Numbered from the stretch's first letter, positions 1 to 11,048 are shown. The stretch: 34,519 bases of DNA from Actinomycetota bacterium (GCA_025963875.1 JAOPZY010000114.1:1-34519); one strand, 5' to 3'. Translations and numbers: made by a program. Notes: a model not told the origin generated them from the sequence alone.

Positions 1-2
1 AG

Positions 3-1755
<1,753 letters not shown>

Positions 1756-1950
1756 GACGGTTGCTAGCGTATCACCACCTCCGGCAGTCAAGCTGGCCCG
1801 GGCGGCCCGGACTCGTGGGGGTGGTGGCTCCCAGCTCAGGCAAGAGCGACGCCCCTCGCTTGCGCCAGCGGCTCAGGGGGGCCCTAACGCCGTCGCCGAC
1901 CGAACGGGACGTAGCCCTTGTGCCCATTTCTTCCACACCTCTTCTGTCGC

Positions 1951-2859
1951 TTAGCCCCGGGCGATGGCCTCGAGGAACAGGCGGAGGTTGGCCGGCCGCT
2001 CGGCCATGCGGCGCATGAGGTACGGGTACCACGCCTCCCCGAACGGGACGTAGACCCGGACGCCGTAGCCCTCGGCCCTCAGCTTCTCCTGGAGATCCCG
2101 CCGGACGCCGTAGAGCATCTGGAACTCGAAGCGGTCGGTGGGGATCTCCTTGCGGTGGGCGAAGCGGATGGCCTCCTGCACCATGAGCTCGTCGTGCGTG
2201 CCGACGCCCGTGTACGGGGTCTGCGCAAGGAGGGGCTGCAGGAGGCGCCGGAACGCGTCACGGGTCTTCCACGGGCCGTAGGCGATGTCCTTGGGCTCGT
2301 TGTAGGCGCCCTTGACGAGGCGGATGGCGGGCCGCAGGGGGGCGAGTGCCGCGACGTCGGCCCCGGTGCGCTTCAGGTACGCCTGGAGGGCGAGGACGGG
2401 ATGTGCGAACTCCTTGCGGACGATCCGGTAGGCCTCGATGGTCCGGTCGGTGTACTCGTGGCCCTCCATGTCGATCGCCACCCGGGTCCGGGCGGTCGTC
2501 GCCGCGGCACAGATCTCGCCGAGGCGGGCGACCGCTGCATCGAACGAAAGGTCGAGGCCGAGCTGCGTCAGCTTCACCGAGACGTGGGCGTCGGTGCGAC
2601 TCCGGCCGATCGCAGCCAGGCTGGCGAGGTATGCCCCGGCGGCCTGGTCGGCCTGCTCCCCGGTAGCCACGTTCTCGCCCAGGTAGTCGAGGATGGCGCC
2701 CATCCCGTGCTCGTTCAGCGAGGCCGCCGCCGCCATCCCGTCGGCGAGGGTCTCCCCGGCGACGAAGCGCTTGACGACGCGCCGGGTGGGCGGGGCGCTG
2801 GTGACGAGCCGCCGGATCCCGTCCTGGGCGGCGAGGCGCAGCAGCAGTCGGTTGGGCAT
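1951..2859 (-). CDS. Monofunctional proline dehydrogenase
   Basis: Motifs RFVAGE, LDYLGE, SVKLTQLG, IDME, QAYLKRT, RLVKGAY, FQMLYG, YVPFG..WYPYLMRRMAERPAN. Start placed at ATG 2859, 7 nt after TACGAT. Confidence 0.95.
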   Translation of the reverse strand: MPNRLLLRLAAQDGIRRLVTSAPPTRRVVKRFVAGETLADGMAAAASLNEHGMGAILDYLGENVATGEQADQAAGAYLASLAAIGRSRTDAHVSVKLTQLGLDLSFDAAVARLGEICAAATTARTRVAIDMEGHEYTDRTIEAYRIVRKEFAHPVLALQAYLKRTGADVAALAPLRPAIRLVKGAYNEPKDIAYGPWKTRDAFRRLLQPLLAQTPYTGVGTHDELMVQEAIRFAHRKEIPTDRFEFQMLYGVRRDLQEKLRAEGYGVRVYVPFGEAWYPYLMRRMAERPANLRLFLEAIARG

Positions 2860-2876
2860 GCGCCGAATCGTAGTGC

Positions 2877-3356
2877 CTAGATCTTCTCCACACCCTCCGG
2901 GGCGGGCTCCGCTCCAGGTCCCAGCTCGAAGCCGATGTCGCTGGCATGCAGTGCCTCCCCGCACTGGGCACAGCGCACTTCGGCGTACGTCAGCAGGCCG
3001 CACGTCCGGTGTCGCAGCAGGACCGGCGGCCCGGCCTCGCCGGCAGTCCAGCGGTCCCCCCAGGCGGTGATCGCCATCAGCACCTCGCAGAGCTCCAGAC
3101 CTTTCTCGGTGAGGACGTACTCGTCACGCGGCGGCCGCTCCGAGTACGGGCGCCGCTCCAGCACGCCCTGCGCCTGGAGCCACGCGAGGCGCTCGGCGAG
3201 GACCTTGCGCGAGATCCCCAGCCCCCGCTGGATATCGTCGAACCGGTTGGTGCCCACCCAGACGTCGCGGATGATGAGCGGCGACCACGGCTCGCCCGCG
3301 ATGTCGAGGGTGCGGGCGATCGAGCACGCCATGTCTCCGAAGCGGGTCCTCTGCAT
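2877..3356 (-). CDS. HxlR-family winged-helix regulator with C-terminal HxxC...CxxC motif
   Basis: CSIARTLDIAGEPWSPLIIRD...RFDDIQRGLGISRKVL...EYVLTEKG...WGDRW. Confidence 0.92.
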   Translation of the reverse strand: MQRTRFGDMACSIARTLDIAGEPWSPLIIRDVWVGTNRFDDIQRGLGISRKVLAERLAWLQAQGVLERRPYSERPPRDEYVLTEKGLELCEVLMAITAWGDRWTAGEAGPPVLLRHRTCGLLTYAEVRCAQCGEALHASDIGFELGPGAEPAPEGVEKI

Positions 3357-3378
3357 GGATCTATCCTAGCTCACTTGA

Positions 3379-3393
3379 GTTCCCTAAGGGAAC
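3379..3393. promoter_or_regulatory. Perfect palindrome, probable operator of the HxlR regulator
   Basis: GTTCCCT-A-AGGGAAC between the divergent regulator and DUF899 genes. Confidence 0.65.
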
Positions 3394-3442
3394 GGTCTAT
3401 CGTGGGGTGACCGAAGGAACGAACGAGACAGGAGGTCGACCG

Positions 3443-4120
3443 ATGCATCTTCCACCCGTCGTCACCCCCAACGACTGGCAGACCGTGAGGGACGAGCTGC
3501 TGGTCGAGGAGAAGGAGGCGACCCGGGCACTCGACGCCCTGGCCGCCAAGCGCCGCAGGTTGCCCATGGTCCGGATCGACAAGGAGTACGTCTTCGAGGG
3601 TCCCGACGGCCCGGCCACCCTCGTTGACCTCTTCGAGGGGCGCCGGCAGCTCATCGCCTACCACTTCATGTTCGGCCCGGGCTCGGAGCGTCCCTGCGAG
3701 GGCTGCTCGTCGTTCACCGACAACATCGGCAACCTCGCCCACCTCAATGCCCGCGACACCACGATGGCGCTGGTCTCCCGGGCCCCGCAGTCGCAGATCC
3801 AGCCCCTCAGGCAGCGCATGGGCTGGTCCCTGCCCTGGTACTCGTCCAACGAGTCCGACTTCAACTCCGACTTCGGCGTCACCACCGAGGACGGCGATGA
3901 ACGGTTCGGTCTCAGCGTCTTCCTCCGCGATGGCGACGATGTCTTCCGTACCTACTTCACGAGTTCCCGCGGCGTCGACCGGCTCCGGCTCGACTTCAAC
4001 CTCCTCGACCTGACACCGCTCGGCCGCCAGGAGGCCTGGGAGGACTCGCCCGAGGGGTGGCCGCAGACACCGCCCTACCAGTGGTGGCGTCTCCACGACG
4101 AGTACGGCGACGACAACTGA
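3443..4120 (+). CDS. DUF899 family (thioredoxin-like) protein
   Basis: RRRLPMV, LFEGRRQLIAYHFMF, CEGCS, LLDLTPLGRQE, WWRLHDEY. RBS AGGAGG before ATG 3443. Confidence 0.9.
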   Translation: MHLPPVVTPNDWQTVRDELLVEEKEATRALDALAAKRRRLPMVRIDKEYVFEGPDGPATLVDLFEGRRQLIAYHFMFGPGSERPCEGCSSFTDNIGNLAHLNARDTTMALVSRAPQSQIQPLRQRMGWSLPWYSSNESDFNSDFGVTTEDGDERFGLSVFLRDGDDVFRTYFTSSRGVDRLRLDFNLLDLTPLGRQEAWEDSPEGWPQTPPYQWWRLHDEYGDDN

Positions 4121-4141
4121 CCGGTCCCTATACTTCGGCAC

Positions 4142-4969
4142 GTGGACGAAGGTTTTGACGCCCCCCTGGCGATCCTCGGCTGCGGCAAGCTCGGCGAGAT
4201 CCTCGCCGCAGGCCTGATCGCGTCGGGGTGGCGCCGTCCCAATCAGATCATCGTCACCGCCCGCCGGTCGGAGCGGGCGGAGGAGCTTGCCACCCGGCAC
4301 GGGCTGCACGCCACGACCTCCAACGTCGAGGCCGCCCGTGAGGCACGGATCCTGGTCATCGCCGCCAAGCCGCAGGACGTCGGCGTGCTGCTGGAGGAGA
4401 TCGCCGCCGACGTGACCCCCAACCACGTGGTCCTGTCGGTGGCGGCCGCCATCTCGACCGCCTTCATCGAGAAGCGGCTGGCTGCGGGCGTCCCCGTCGT
4501 CCGGGCCATGCCCAACGCCGCCTCCCAGGTCGGCGAGGGCATCGCCGGGATCTGTGCCGGAGCCCACGCCGGGCCGGAGCACCTCAAGGTGGCCGAGGAC
4601 GTGCTGGCGCACGTGGGCAAGGTCGTCACGGTGGGCGAGGCCTACATGGACGCCGTCACCGCGGTCTCGGGCTCGGGGCCGGCCTACTTCGCCCTGCTGG
4701 CGGAGTCCATGATCGACGCCGGCATCATGCTCGGCCTGCCGCGCACCACCTCGACGGATCTCGTGGTCCAGACCATGCTCGGCACCGCCCGGCTCCTCGG
4801 GGACCTCGGCATGCATCCGGTGGAGCTGCGGGAAGCGGTGACCTCACCCGGGGGGACGACGATCATGGCGATGCGCCAGCTGGAGATGGCAGGGGTCCGG
4901 GGGGCCATGCTGAACGCCATCCAGGCCGCGATGGAACGGTCCCGGGAACTGGCGGCCGGCCACGAATAA
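4142..4969 (+). CDS. proC: Pyrroline-5-carboxylate reductase
   Basis: GCGKLG, AKPQ, VRAMPN, DAVTAVSGSGPAY, VTSPGGTT. Confidence 0.96.
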   Translation: MDEGFDAPLAILGCGKLGEILAAGLIASGWRRPNQIIVTARRSERAEELATRHGLHATTSNVEAAREARILVIAAKPQDVGVLLEEIAADVTPNHVVLSVAAAISTAFIEKRLAAGVPVVRAMPNAASQVGEGIAGICAGAHAGPEHLKVAEDVLAHVGKVVTVGEAYMDAVTAVSGSGPAYFALLAESMIDAGIMLGLPRTTSTDLVVQTMLGTARLLGDLGMHPVELREAVTSPGGTTIMAMRQLEMAGVRGAMLNAIQAAMERSRELAAGHE

Positions 4970-4972
4970 ATC

Positions 4973-5572
4973 TCAGGCCAGCGTGGCTCCCGCAGCCTCC
5001 ATCTCGGCGATGGCGCGGTCGCCGTCGCCGGGTTGCAGGTCCACCGCCCGGATGTCGTCCCTGAGCACCGCCGTCTCGTACCCCAGCGACACGGCGTCCA
5101 GGGCGGTCGCCTTCACGCAGTAGTCCGTCGCCAGGCCCGCAACGACCACCCGCTGGATGCCCGCCTGCCGCAGGAGTGTGTCCAGACCGGTCGATGCCTT
5201 CTCGCCGCTCACCGGGTCGGCCATGGTGAAGCCGGAGTAGCCGTCCTCGCCGCCGGTGCCCTTGCGGATGCGGGGCTCGGAGGGGGCGGCGTCGAGGGCC
5301 GGGTGCAGCTCCGCCCCCCACGTTCCGCCGACGCAGTGCACCGGCCAGATGCCCCCGCTCGTCACGAAGTGCGGCGTCTGGGCGGGATGCCAGTCCTGGG
5401 TGAAGACCACGAGGGCGCCGGCCGCTCGGGCTGCGGCCAGCTCGGCGTTCACGAGGGCCGGGACCTCCTCGCCGCCGCGCACGTAGAGGCTGCCGGCCGG
5501 GTCGGCGAAGTCGTTCTGGACGTCGACCACCACGAGTGCGGTCGAGGCGTCGTAAGGAGCCAGAGGGGTCAT
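4973..5572 (-). CDS. pncA: Nicotinamidase/pyrazinamidase (isochorismatase family)
   Basis: VDVQNDF, TQDWHP, WPVHCV, KG...DGYSGF, GLATDYCVKATALDA. Start ATG 5572. Confidence 0.92.
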   Translation of the reverse strand: MTPLAPYDASTALVVVDVQNDFADPAGSLYVRGGEEVPALVNAELAAARAAGALVVFTQDWHPAQTPHFVTSGGIWPVHCVGGTWGAELHPALDAAPSEPRIRKGTGGEDGYSGFTMADPVSGEKASTGLDTLLRQAGIQRVVVAGLATDYCVKATALDAVSLGYETAVLRDDIRAVDLQPGDGDRAIAEMEAAGATLA

Positions 5573-5599
5573 GGGCCAGGATAAACCGGGAGTTCTCCC

Positions 5600-5646
5600 T
5601 TCTTTGCGCACCACGATGCGGCAAGCGCAACGGGATTCGCAAAGAA
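5600..5646. repeat. 47-bp palindromic element, copy 1 (TTCTTTG-N33-CAAAGAA)
   Basis: TTCTTTG cgcaccacgatgcg gcaag cgcaacgggattcg CAAAGAA; intergenic. Confidence 0.85.
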
Positions 5647-5657
5647 CCTGCGACCCC

Positions 5658-7001
5658 TCAGTGCAGGACCTCCTCCGGCTCCTCCTGAGCGGCCCGGGCC
5701 GGCCCCGCCTCGTAGACCGGGCGGTGCGTGCGCCAACGCCGCTGGAAGTCGCGGGCACCGAGGCCGAGCAGGTCGGCCACGACCTTGCCCCGTGGGGTGC
5801 CGCCGCGGGCCAGCAGGCGGCCGGCGGCCGTGGAGGCCCGCACCGGGCTGAAGATCCGGAAGGGCCGCTGCTGGTGGAAGGCGACGGCATGGCCGGCCCG
5901 TAGCGTGCGGGGGTCGGCGGCGATGCGGCGGAACATCTCCACGACCACCGGCGACTGGACGCCGGCCCTCCCGAACTCTCTCGCCCACCAGTACATCTCG
6001 GCGGCGTCGTGGTCGCGCCAGCGCCACCACCGGGCCAGCTGGTCGCCGAGGCTGTGGGTGTCGATGCCGTAGCAGGCGTACTCGGCCAGGCGCTCGGCTT
6101 GCCGTATGGCATCGGCGATTCCCTGGCCGGGGGCGGGGTCCTTGAAGTGTCCCGCATCGCCGACGAGGGCCCACCCCGGGCCAGCGGACTCCCGGAAGAA
6201 CCCCTGCCACCGGGAGGCGAACTGAGGCGGGGCCGTCAGCGTCGCTCCCTTGAGCAACGAGGCAAAGGGAGGACAGGTGGCCAGGGCGTCCTCGAAGCCG
6301 TTGCCTTCACGGAACCGGCGGTGGTCGGCCTTGTCGTAGTAAGCCGACGCCATGAACAGGCCACTGTCGGAGGAGGAGCCGATGAAGTAGGTGGACCCGA
6401 GGATGTAGAAGTGCAGGACCCCGTGCGGCTCGACGCCCTCGTAGTACGCGAGGCCGCCCGCCCGTTCGTTCTCCGTCACGTTGTAGCGCCGTGCTCCCAC
6501 CAGGCGGGCGACCGTCGAGTTGCGCCCGTCGGCCCCGATCACGACCCTGGCCCGGATCTCCGAGGGGCGGCCTTCCGGATCCTCGATGCGGACCCCGGTC
6601 ACCCGGCGCTCGTCGTGCAGGAGCCCGACGACCCTGGTCCGAAGGGCGATGTCCGCCCCGGCGGCCTCGGCGTTGTTCAGCAGCAAGGGATCCAGCACAC
6701 GGCGGCGGATGTTGAGCATCGCCATGTCCGGGTGGTCCTGGGTGAGATCGACGTCCTCCACGCGGAGCCGGAATTCGGTCAGCGGCGGGGCGCCGGTGGC
6801 GAGGAGCTGCCCCATCACCCCCAGGCGCTCCAGGCCCTCGAGGTTCTGGAAGAGGTGCGTGGAGAGCGTGTCACTCGGGAACTCGGCCCGCTCGAGGACG
6901 CACACCCCCATGCCGCGTTTGGCCACGTTCGCCGCGAGGGTCGCCCCTGCCACCCGGCCGCCGACGACCACGACGTCGTAGAGCTCGTTCAGAGGGGGCA
7001 C
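5658..7001 (-). CDS. FAD-dependent oxidoreductase (geranylgeranyl-reductase/monooxygenase-like)
   Basis: DVVVVGGRVAG, IGADGRNS, GWALVGDAGHFKDP..GQGIADA. Confidence 0.88.
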   Translation of the reverse strand: MPPLNELYDVVVVGGRVAGATLAANVAKRGMGVCVLERAEFPSDTLSTHLFQNLEGLERLGVMGQLLATGAPPLTEFRLRVEDVDLTQDHPDMAMLNIRRRVLDPLLLNNAEAAGADIALRTRVVGLLHDERRVTGVRIEDPEGRPSEIRARVVIGADGRNSTVARLVGARRYNVTENERAGGLAYYEGVEPHGVLHFYILGSTYFIGSSSDSGLFMASAYYDKADHRRFREGNGFEDALATCPPFASLLKGATLTAPPQFASRWQGFFRESAGPGWALVGDAGHFKDPAPGQGIADAIRQAERLAEYACYGIDTHSLGDQLARWWRWRDHDAAEMYWWAREFGRAGVQSPVVVEMFRRIAADPRTLRAGHAVAFHQQRPFRIFSPVRASTAAGRLLARGGTPRGKVVADLLGLGARDFQRRWRTHRPVYEAGPARAAQEEPEEVLH

Positions 7002-7007
7002 GGGCGG

Positions 7008-7820
7008 CTAGGGGGCCGGGAGGAAGTCCACCAGCAGCCGGTTGATCTCCTCGGGAGCCTCGAGCTGGGCCCAGTGGCCGGGGCCGTCCAGCCGCTCGTA
7101 GCGCCACGATCCGGCGACGTACCGCGCAGAGCCCGTCATCTGTTCCTCGGTGAGGGCCAGGTCGCCGCTGCTCCAGATTCCCATGGTGGGGGCCAGGATC
7201 GGGGGCAGTGCGGGCGGAGGGTCGACCCAGGAGCGGGGAGGCACGTTGGCCCGGTACCAGTTGAGCGCCGGTGTGAGGGAGCCGGACGCCTCGAGTTCGG
7301 CCACGACCGCCGCTGCGTCGGGATGGCCCATCGACCGGGCCCTCGCCCAGTCGTCGGCGCTGAGCCACTCCTCCGCGATCCCCGCGAACTGGAACAGCAG
7401 CATGTACCACGACTTCTCGTACTGGCGTATGCCGGCGGTCCGGAACGACGCGGGGTGGCCCACCGACAGCGCCGCAAGGTGGTCCACGCGGTCGGGGACC
7501 AGGGCCGTCAGCACCCAGGCGAGGGCGGCGCCCCAGTCGTGCCCGACGACGTGGGCCTTCCCGACGCCGAGCGTGTCGAGGATCCCGACCACGTCCATGG
7601 CGAGCAGCGGCATCGCGTAGGCTTCCACCTCCGCCGGCTTGTCGGAGCGGCCGTAGCCCCGCAGGTCGGGGACGACCACCTGGAAGCCGGCCTCGGCCAG
7701 AGCCGGGACCTGGTTGCGCCAGAGTCTCCGACTGTCGGGGAAGCCGTGAAGGAGGACCACCGGGGTGCCGCTTCCGGTGACGTCGAACTCGGTCCCCACG
7801 CCGTTGGCAACGCTACGCAT
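7008..7820 (-). CDS. Alpha/beta hydrolase, epoxide-hydrolase-like
   Basis: LLHGFPD, DLRGYGRS, GHDWG (Asp nucleophile), WY motifs, GHW. Start ATG 7820. Confidence 0.9.
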   Translation of the reverse strand: MRSVANGVGTEFDVTGSGTPVVLLHGFPDSRRLWRNQVPALAEAGFQVVVPDLRGYGRSDKPAEVEAYAMPLLAMDVVGILDTLGVGKAHVVGHDWGAALAWVLTALVPDRVDHLAALSVGHPASFRTAGIRQYEKSWYMLLFQFAGIAEEWLSADDWARARSMGHPDAAAVVAELEASGSLTPALNWYRANVPPRSWVDPPPALPPILAPTMGIWSSGDLALTEEQMTGSARYVAGSWRYERLDGPGHWAQLEAPEEINRLLVDFLPAP

Positions 7821-7845
7821 CGTCGCCAGAGGATACTCTCCAGCG

Positions 7846-9786
7846 ATGTCCGAACTGATCTGGCGGCCCACCGCCGAGTACCTCGACGGCTCCAACCTGT
7901 CCCGCTTCATGGCGCGCTACGGCATCGGGTCCTACGAGGAGATGGTACGGCGCTCCGTCGAGGACGTGGCCTGGTACTGGTCGCAGGTGGAGCGGGACCT
8001 CGGCCTCGAGTGGGACCGGCCCTACGACCGGGTGCTCGACACCCACCAGGGCATCGAGTGGGCAACCTGGTTTGGCGGCGGCCTGATCAACATCGCCCAC
8101 AACTGTGTCGACCGCCACGCCGCTGGCGACGCGGCGGAGCGCACCGCCGTGATCGAGGAACGGGAGGATGGCTCCGTCCGCTCGCTCACCTACCGGGATC
8201 TTGCCGCCGAGGTGGGACGGCTGGCCAACGGGCTGCGGTCGATCGGCATCGCCAAGGGCGACCGGGTCGGTGTCTACCTGCCCATGTGCGTCGAGTCCGT
8301 CGTGTCGATGATGGCCATCGCCAAGATCGGCGCCGTCTACCTTCCGATCTTCTCGGGCTTCGCCCCCGCCGCCGTGGCGGCCCGCCTCGAGGATGCGGGG
8401 GCCAGGGCGCTGATCTCCGCCGACGGCTACACGCATCGTGGCAGGCTGGTTGAGATGAAGGAGGCGGCGGACGAGGCGGCCCACATGATCCATCTCCACA
8501 CGACGCTGATCCTGCGGCACGTCGGGAGGCCGGTGGAGTGGCACCGCAAACACGACGTCGTGTGGGACGAGCTGCTCGCCGAGCAGCCCGCGGAGGCCCC
8601 GACCGAGGCGACCGAGGCCGAGGACGTGTGGATGATCGCCTACACCTCCGGCACCACCGGCAAGCCCAAGGGGGCCGTCCACGTCCACGGTGGCTTCCTT
8701 GTGAAGGTGGCGGCCGAGGTCGCCTACCAGGTGGACTGCAGGCCCGGGGACGTCCTGCACTGGGTCACCGACATGGGCTGGATCATGGGCCCGTGGGAGA
8801 CCGTGGGAACGCTGGCCCTCGGCGGCACGGTGCTCCTGTACGAGGGCGCCCCGACCCACCCCGCGCCCGACCGCCTCTGGGCGCTCTGCGAGCGCCACGG
8901 CGTCACGATCCTGGGCGTGTCCCCGACCCTCATCCGCTCGCTCATGCCGTCGGGCACCGGCCCGGTCGAGGCCCACGACCTCTCGCGGCTCCGCATCCTG
9001 GCCTCCACGGGGGAGCCCTGGAACCCCGAGCCCTACCGCTGGTACTTCGAGCACGCCGGCGGGGGCCGCTGCCCGGTGATCAACCTCTCCGGCGGCACGG
9101 AGATCGGGGCCTGCCTGCTGTCGCCGTACCCCATCACCGAGCTGAAGGTCGCCACGCTGCGGGGTCCGTCGCTCGGCATGGACGTCGACGTGGTCGACGC
9201 CGGAGGCAACCCGGTGCGGGGTGGGGTGGGCGAACTGATCTGCCGGCAGCCGTGGCCCTCGATGACCCGGGGCATCTGGGGCGACCCCGACCGCTACCTG
9301 GCGACCTACTGGTCGGCAATCCCGGGCGTGTGGCGCCACGGGGACTGGGCCTCCATCGACGAGGACGGCTTCTGGTTCCTCCACGGCCGCAGCGACGACA
9401 CGATCAACGTCGCGGGCCGGCGCATCGGCCCCGCCGAGATCGAGTCGGTCCTGGTGGGCGACCCGGCCGTCGTCGAGGCCGCCGTGATCGGCATCCCCCA
9501 CGACGTGAAGGGGGAGGCGCTCTGGTGCTTCTGCGTGCTGGCGGGGGCGCCCGACGAGGGCCTGGCGACCCGTCTGGGCGACCTCGTCGACCGGGCGATC
9601 GGCAGGCCCTTCCGCCCCGAGCGGGTGGTCTTCGTGCCGGACCTGCCCCACACGAGGTCGGCCAAGATCGTGCGGCGGGCCATCCGCGCGGTGGTGCGGG
9701 GAGAAGACCCCGGCGACATCTCGTCGCTGGAGAACCCCGACTCCCTCGCCGTCATCGGAAGCGCCCTGGCATCGCAGCAGGTGTGA
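7846..9786 (+). CDS. Acetyl-/short-chain acyl-CoA synthetase (AMP-forming)
   Basis: YTSGTTGKPKG, TGEPWNP, SGGTE, HGDWA, GRSDDTI, LPHTRSAKIVRR. Start ATG 7846. Confidence 0.92.
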   Translation: MSELIWRPTAEYLDGSNLSRFMARYGIGSYEEMVRRSVEDVAWYWSQVERDLGLEWDRPYDRVLDTHQGIEWATWFGGGLINIAHNCVDRHAAGDAAERTAVIEEREDGSVRSLTYRDLAAEVGRLANGLRSIGIAKGDRVGVYLPMCVESVVSMMAIAKIGAVYLPIFSGFAPAAVAARLEDAGARALISADGYTHRGRLVEMKEAADEAAHMIHLHTTLILRHVGRPVEWHRKHDVVWDELLAEQPAEAPTEATEAEDVWMIAYTSGTTGKPKGAVHVHGGFLVKVAAEVAYQVDCRPGDVLHWVTDMGWIMGPWETVGTLALGGTVLLYEGAPTHPAPDRLWALCERHGVTILGVSPTLIRSLMPSGTGPVEAHDLSRLRILASTGEPWNPEPYRWYFEHAGGGRCPVINLSGGTEIGACLLSPYPITELKVATLRGPSLGMDVDVVDAGGNPVRGGVGELICRQPWPSMTRGIWGDPDRYLATYWSAIPGVWRHGDWASIDEDGFWFLHGRSDDTINVAGRRIGPAEIESVLVGDPAVVEAAVIGIPHDVKGEALWCFCVLAGAPDEGLATRLGDLVDRAIGRPFRPERVVFVPDLPHTRSAKIVRRAIRAVVRGEDPGDISSLENPDSLAVIGSALASQQV

Positions 9787-9816
9787 ACTGTGGTGCGTTT
9801 GAAGCTCGCAGCGATC

Positions 9817-9863
9817 TTCTTTGTATGATTAACCATCATTATCATGTTTATTCATACAAAGAA
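9817..9863. repeat. 47-bp palindromic element, copy 2
   Basis: TTCTTTG tatgattaaccatc attat catgtttattcata CAAAGAA; very AT-rich; the stem extends imperfectly to 9812/9869. Confidence 0.85.
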
Positions 9864-9948
9864 AGGTCGACGGTTCCAGCGGCGCACCAAAATCCGACTA
9901 AACGTTCCGCTCAATCGGAGCGGAGGTATGCGACAGTAACGCCACGCC

Positions 9949-10287
9949 ATGAAGGAGCCGGGAGGGCGGATCCACGGCACGCTCGCCCAGGTCGCTGCCG
10001 CGCTGCCCTCCGACGCGAAGGTGGTCTCCCGCTACGACGTCGGAACGGTACGGTCAGCCTGCCCATTGCTCGTCATCCGGTTCCGCACCGCCGCCGACGC
10101 CCGGACAGTCGTGGCGAACGCCGATGCGGCGCTCACGTCGCTCGGCTGGGCCCCCGTGCCCGACGTCCAGGACGTCGTGTGGTCGAAGAGAGCCGGTGAC
10201 GCATCCGTTGCCGGCCTGGCCCGCCTCGTCCTCGCCCCGGATCCTGCCAGGGCTTGTCGAAGCGAGGAGGAAATTACGCGTATGTGA
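9949..10287 (+). CDS. Hypothetical protein, 112 aa (possibly a remnant)
   Basis: ORF with GC-rich third positions and no recognised motif; its last codons run into the 10259-10309 palindrome. Confidence 0.4.
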   Translation: MKEPGGRIHGTLAQVAAALPSDAKVVSRYDVGTVRSACPLLVIRFRTAADARTVVANADAALTSLGWAPVPDVQDVVWSKRAGDASVAGLARLVLAPDPARACRSEEEITRM

Positions 10288-10309
10288 CGCGCAAAAAACT
10301 CCTCACTTC
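10259..10309. repeat. 51-bp symmetric palindrome with 5-nt centre (second end type)
   Basis: GAAGCGAGGAGgaaattacgcgt atgtg acgcgcaaaaaaCTCCTCACTTC; 23+5+23, no bulges. Confidence 0.7.
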
Positions 10310-10343
10310 TGCCGGCGGCGGGGGACCGGGGGCCCGGGCTGGG

Positions 10344-11048
10344 CTAGACCGCGAGCAGCTTCCGCACCGACTCGTTGGCCAGGCCCTCGGTGGCGCCCTC
10401 GGCAACCACCCGCCCCGCGTCCAGCACCACGTAGCGCTGGGCGAGCCGCAGGGCGAACTCCATGTACTGCTCCACCAGCACGATCGCCAGACCGTTCGTG
10501 GCGTTCAGGTGGGCGATGGCGTTCTCGATCTCGATGATGACCGACGGCTGGATGCCCTCGGTGGGCTCGTCGAGCAGGAGCAGCCGGGGGCGCGTCACGA
10601 GGGCCCGGGCGATGGCAAGCTGCTGCGCCTCGCCGCCGGAGAGGAACCCCGCCTGGCGGCCGAGCAGCTTGCGGAGCTTGGGGAACAGGTCGAGGGCCTC
10701 GTCGAGCGCTGCCTGCCCGGCGGCGACCCCGTGGGGCGACGTCTCGATCACCACCTGCAGGTTCTCCCGCACCGAGAGGCTCGGAAAGCTTGCCCGGCCC
10801 TGCGGGACATAGGCGAGGCCGGCCCTCACCCGCTGGTACGACCGCATGTCCGTGATGTCCCGGCCGTCGAGTGTGATGCGGCCCCGGGAGGCTTTGATCA
10901 CGCCCATCATCGTCTTGATCAGGGTGGTCTTGCCGACGCCGTTGCGCCCCATGACGCACACGAGGGCGTCGTCCGGCACCTCCATCGAGACGCCGAACAG
11001 CACGGTCGTCCGGCCGTAGCCCGACTCGACGCCCTCGACCCTCAACAT
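10344..11048 (-). CDS. urtE: Urea ABC transporter ATP-binding subunit
   Basis: GRNGVGKTT, YVPQGR, LSGGEAQQLAIARAL, LDEPTEGIQPS, LVEQY. Confidence 0.92.
   Translation of the reverse strand: MLRVEGVESGYGRTTVLFGVSMEVPDDALVCVMGRNGVGKTTLIKTMMGVIKASRGRITLDGRDITDMRSYQRVRAGLAYVPQGRASFPSLSVRENLQVVIETSPHGVAAGQAALDEALDLFPKLRKLLGRQAGFLSGGEAQQLAIARALVTRPRLLLLDEPTEGIQPSVIIEIENAIAHLNATNGLAIVLVEQYMEFALRLAQRYVVLDAGRVVAEGATEGLANESVRKLLAV

Noticed and set aside
1900..2053. 15-bp direct repeat CCGAACGGGACGTAG at 1900 and 2039 (the second inside the proline dehydrogenase gene)
   Set aside because: Could be an att-like or duplication scar, but no mobile gene is nearby and a single short match is not enough.
6009..8453. 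814-aa plus-strand ORF and other long ORFs (402-1364, 3371-4816, 7813-9651, 13969-15282, 25666-27447, 26841-28763)
   Set aside because: Antisense or off-frame shadows of well-supported genes, expected at this GC content; no motifs.
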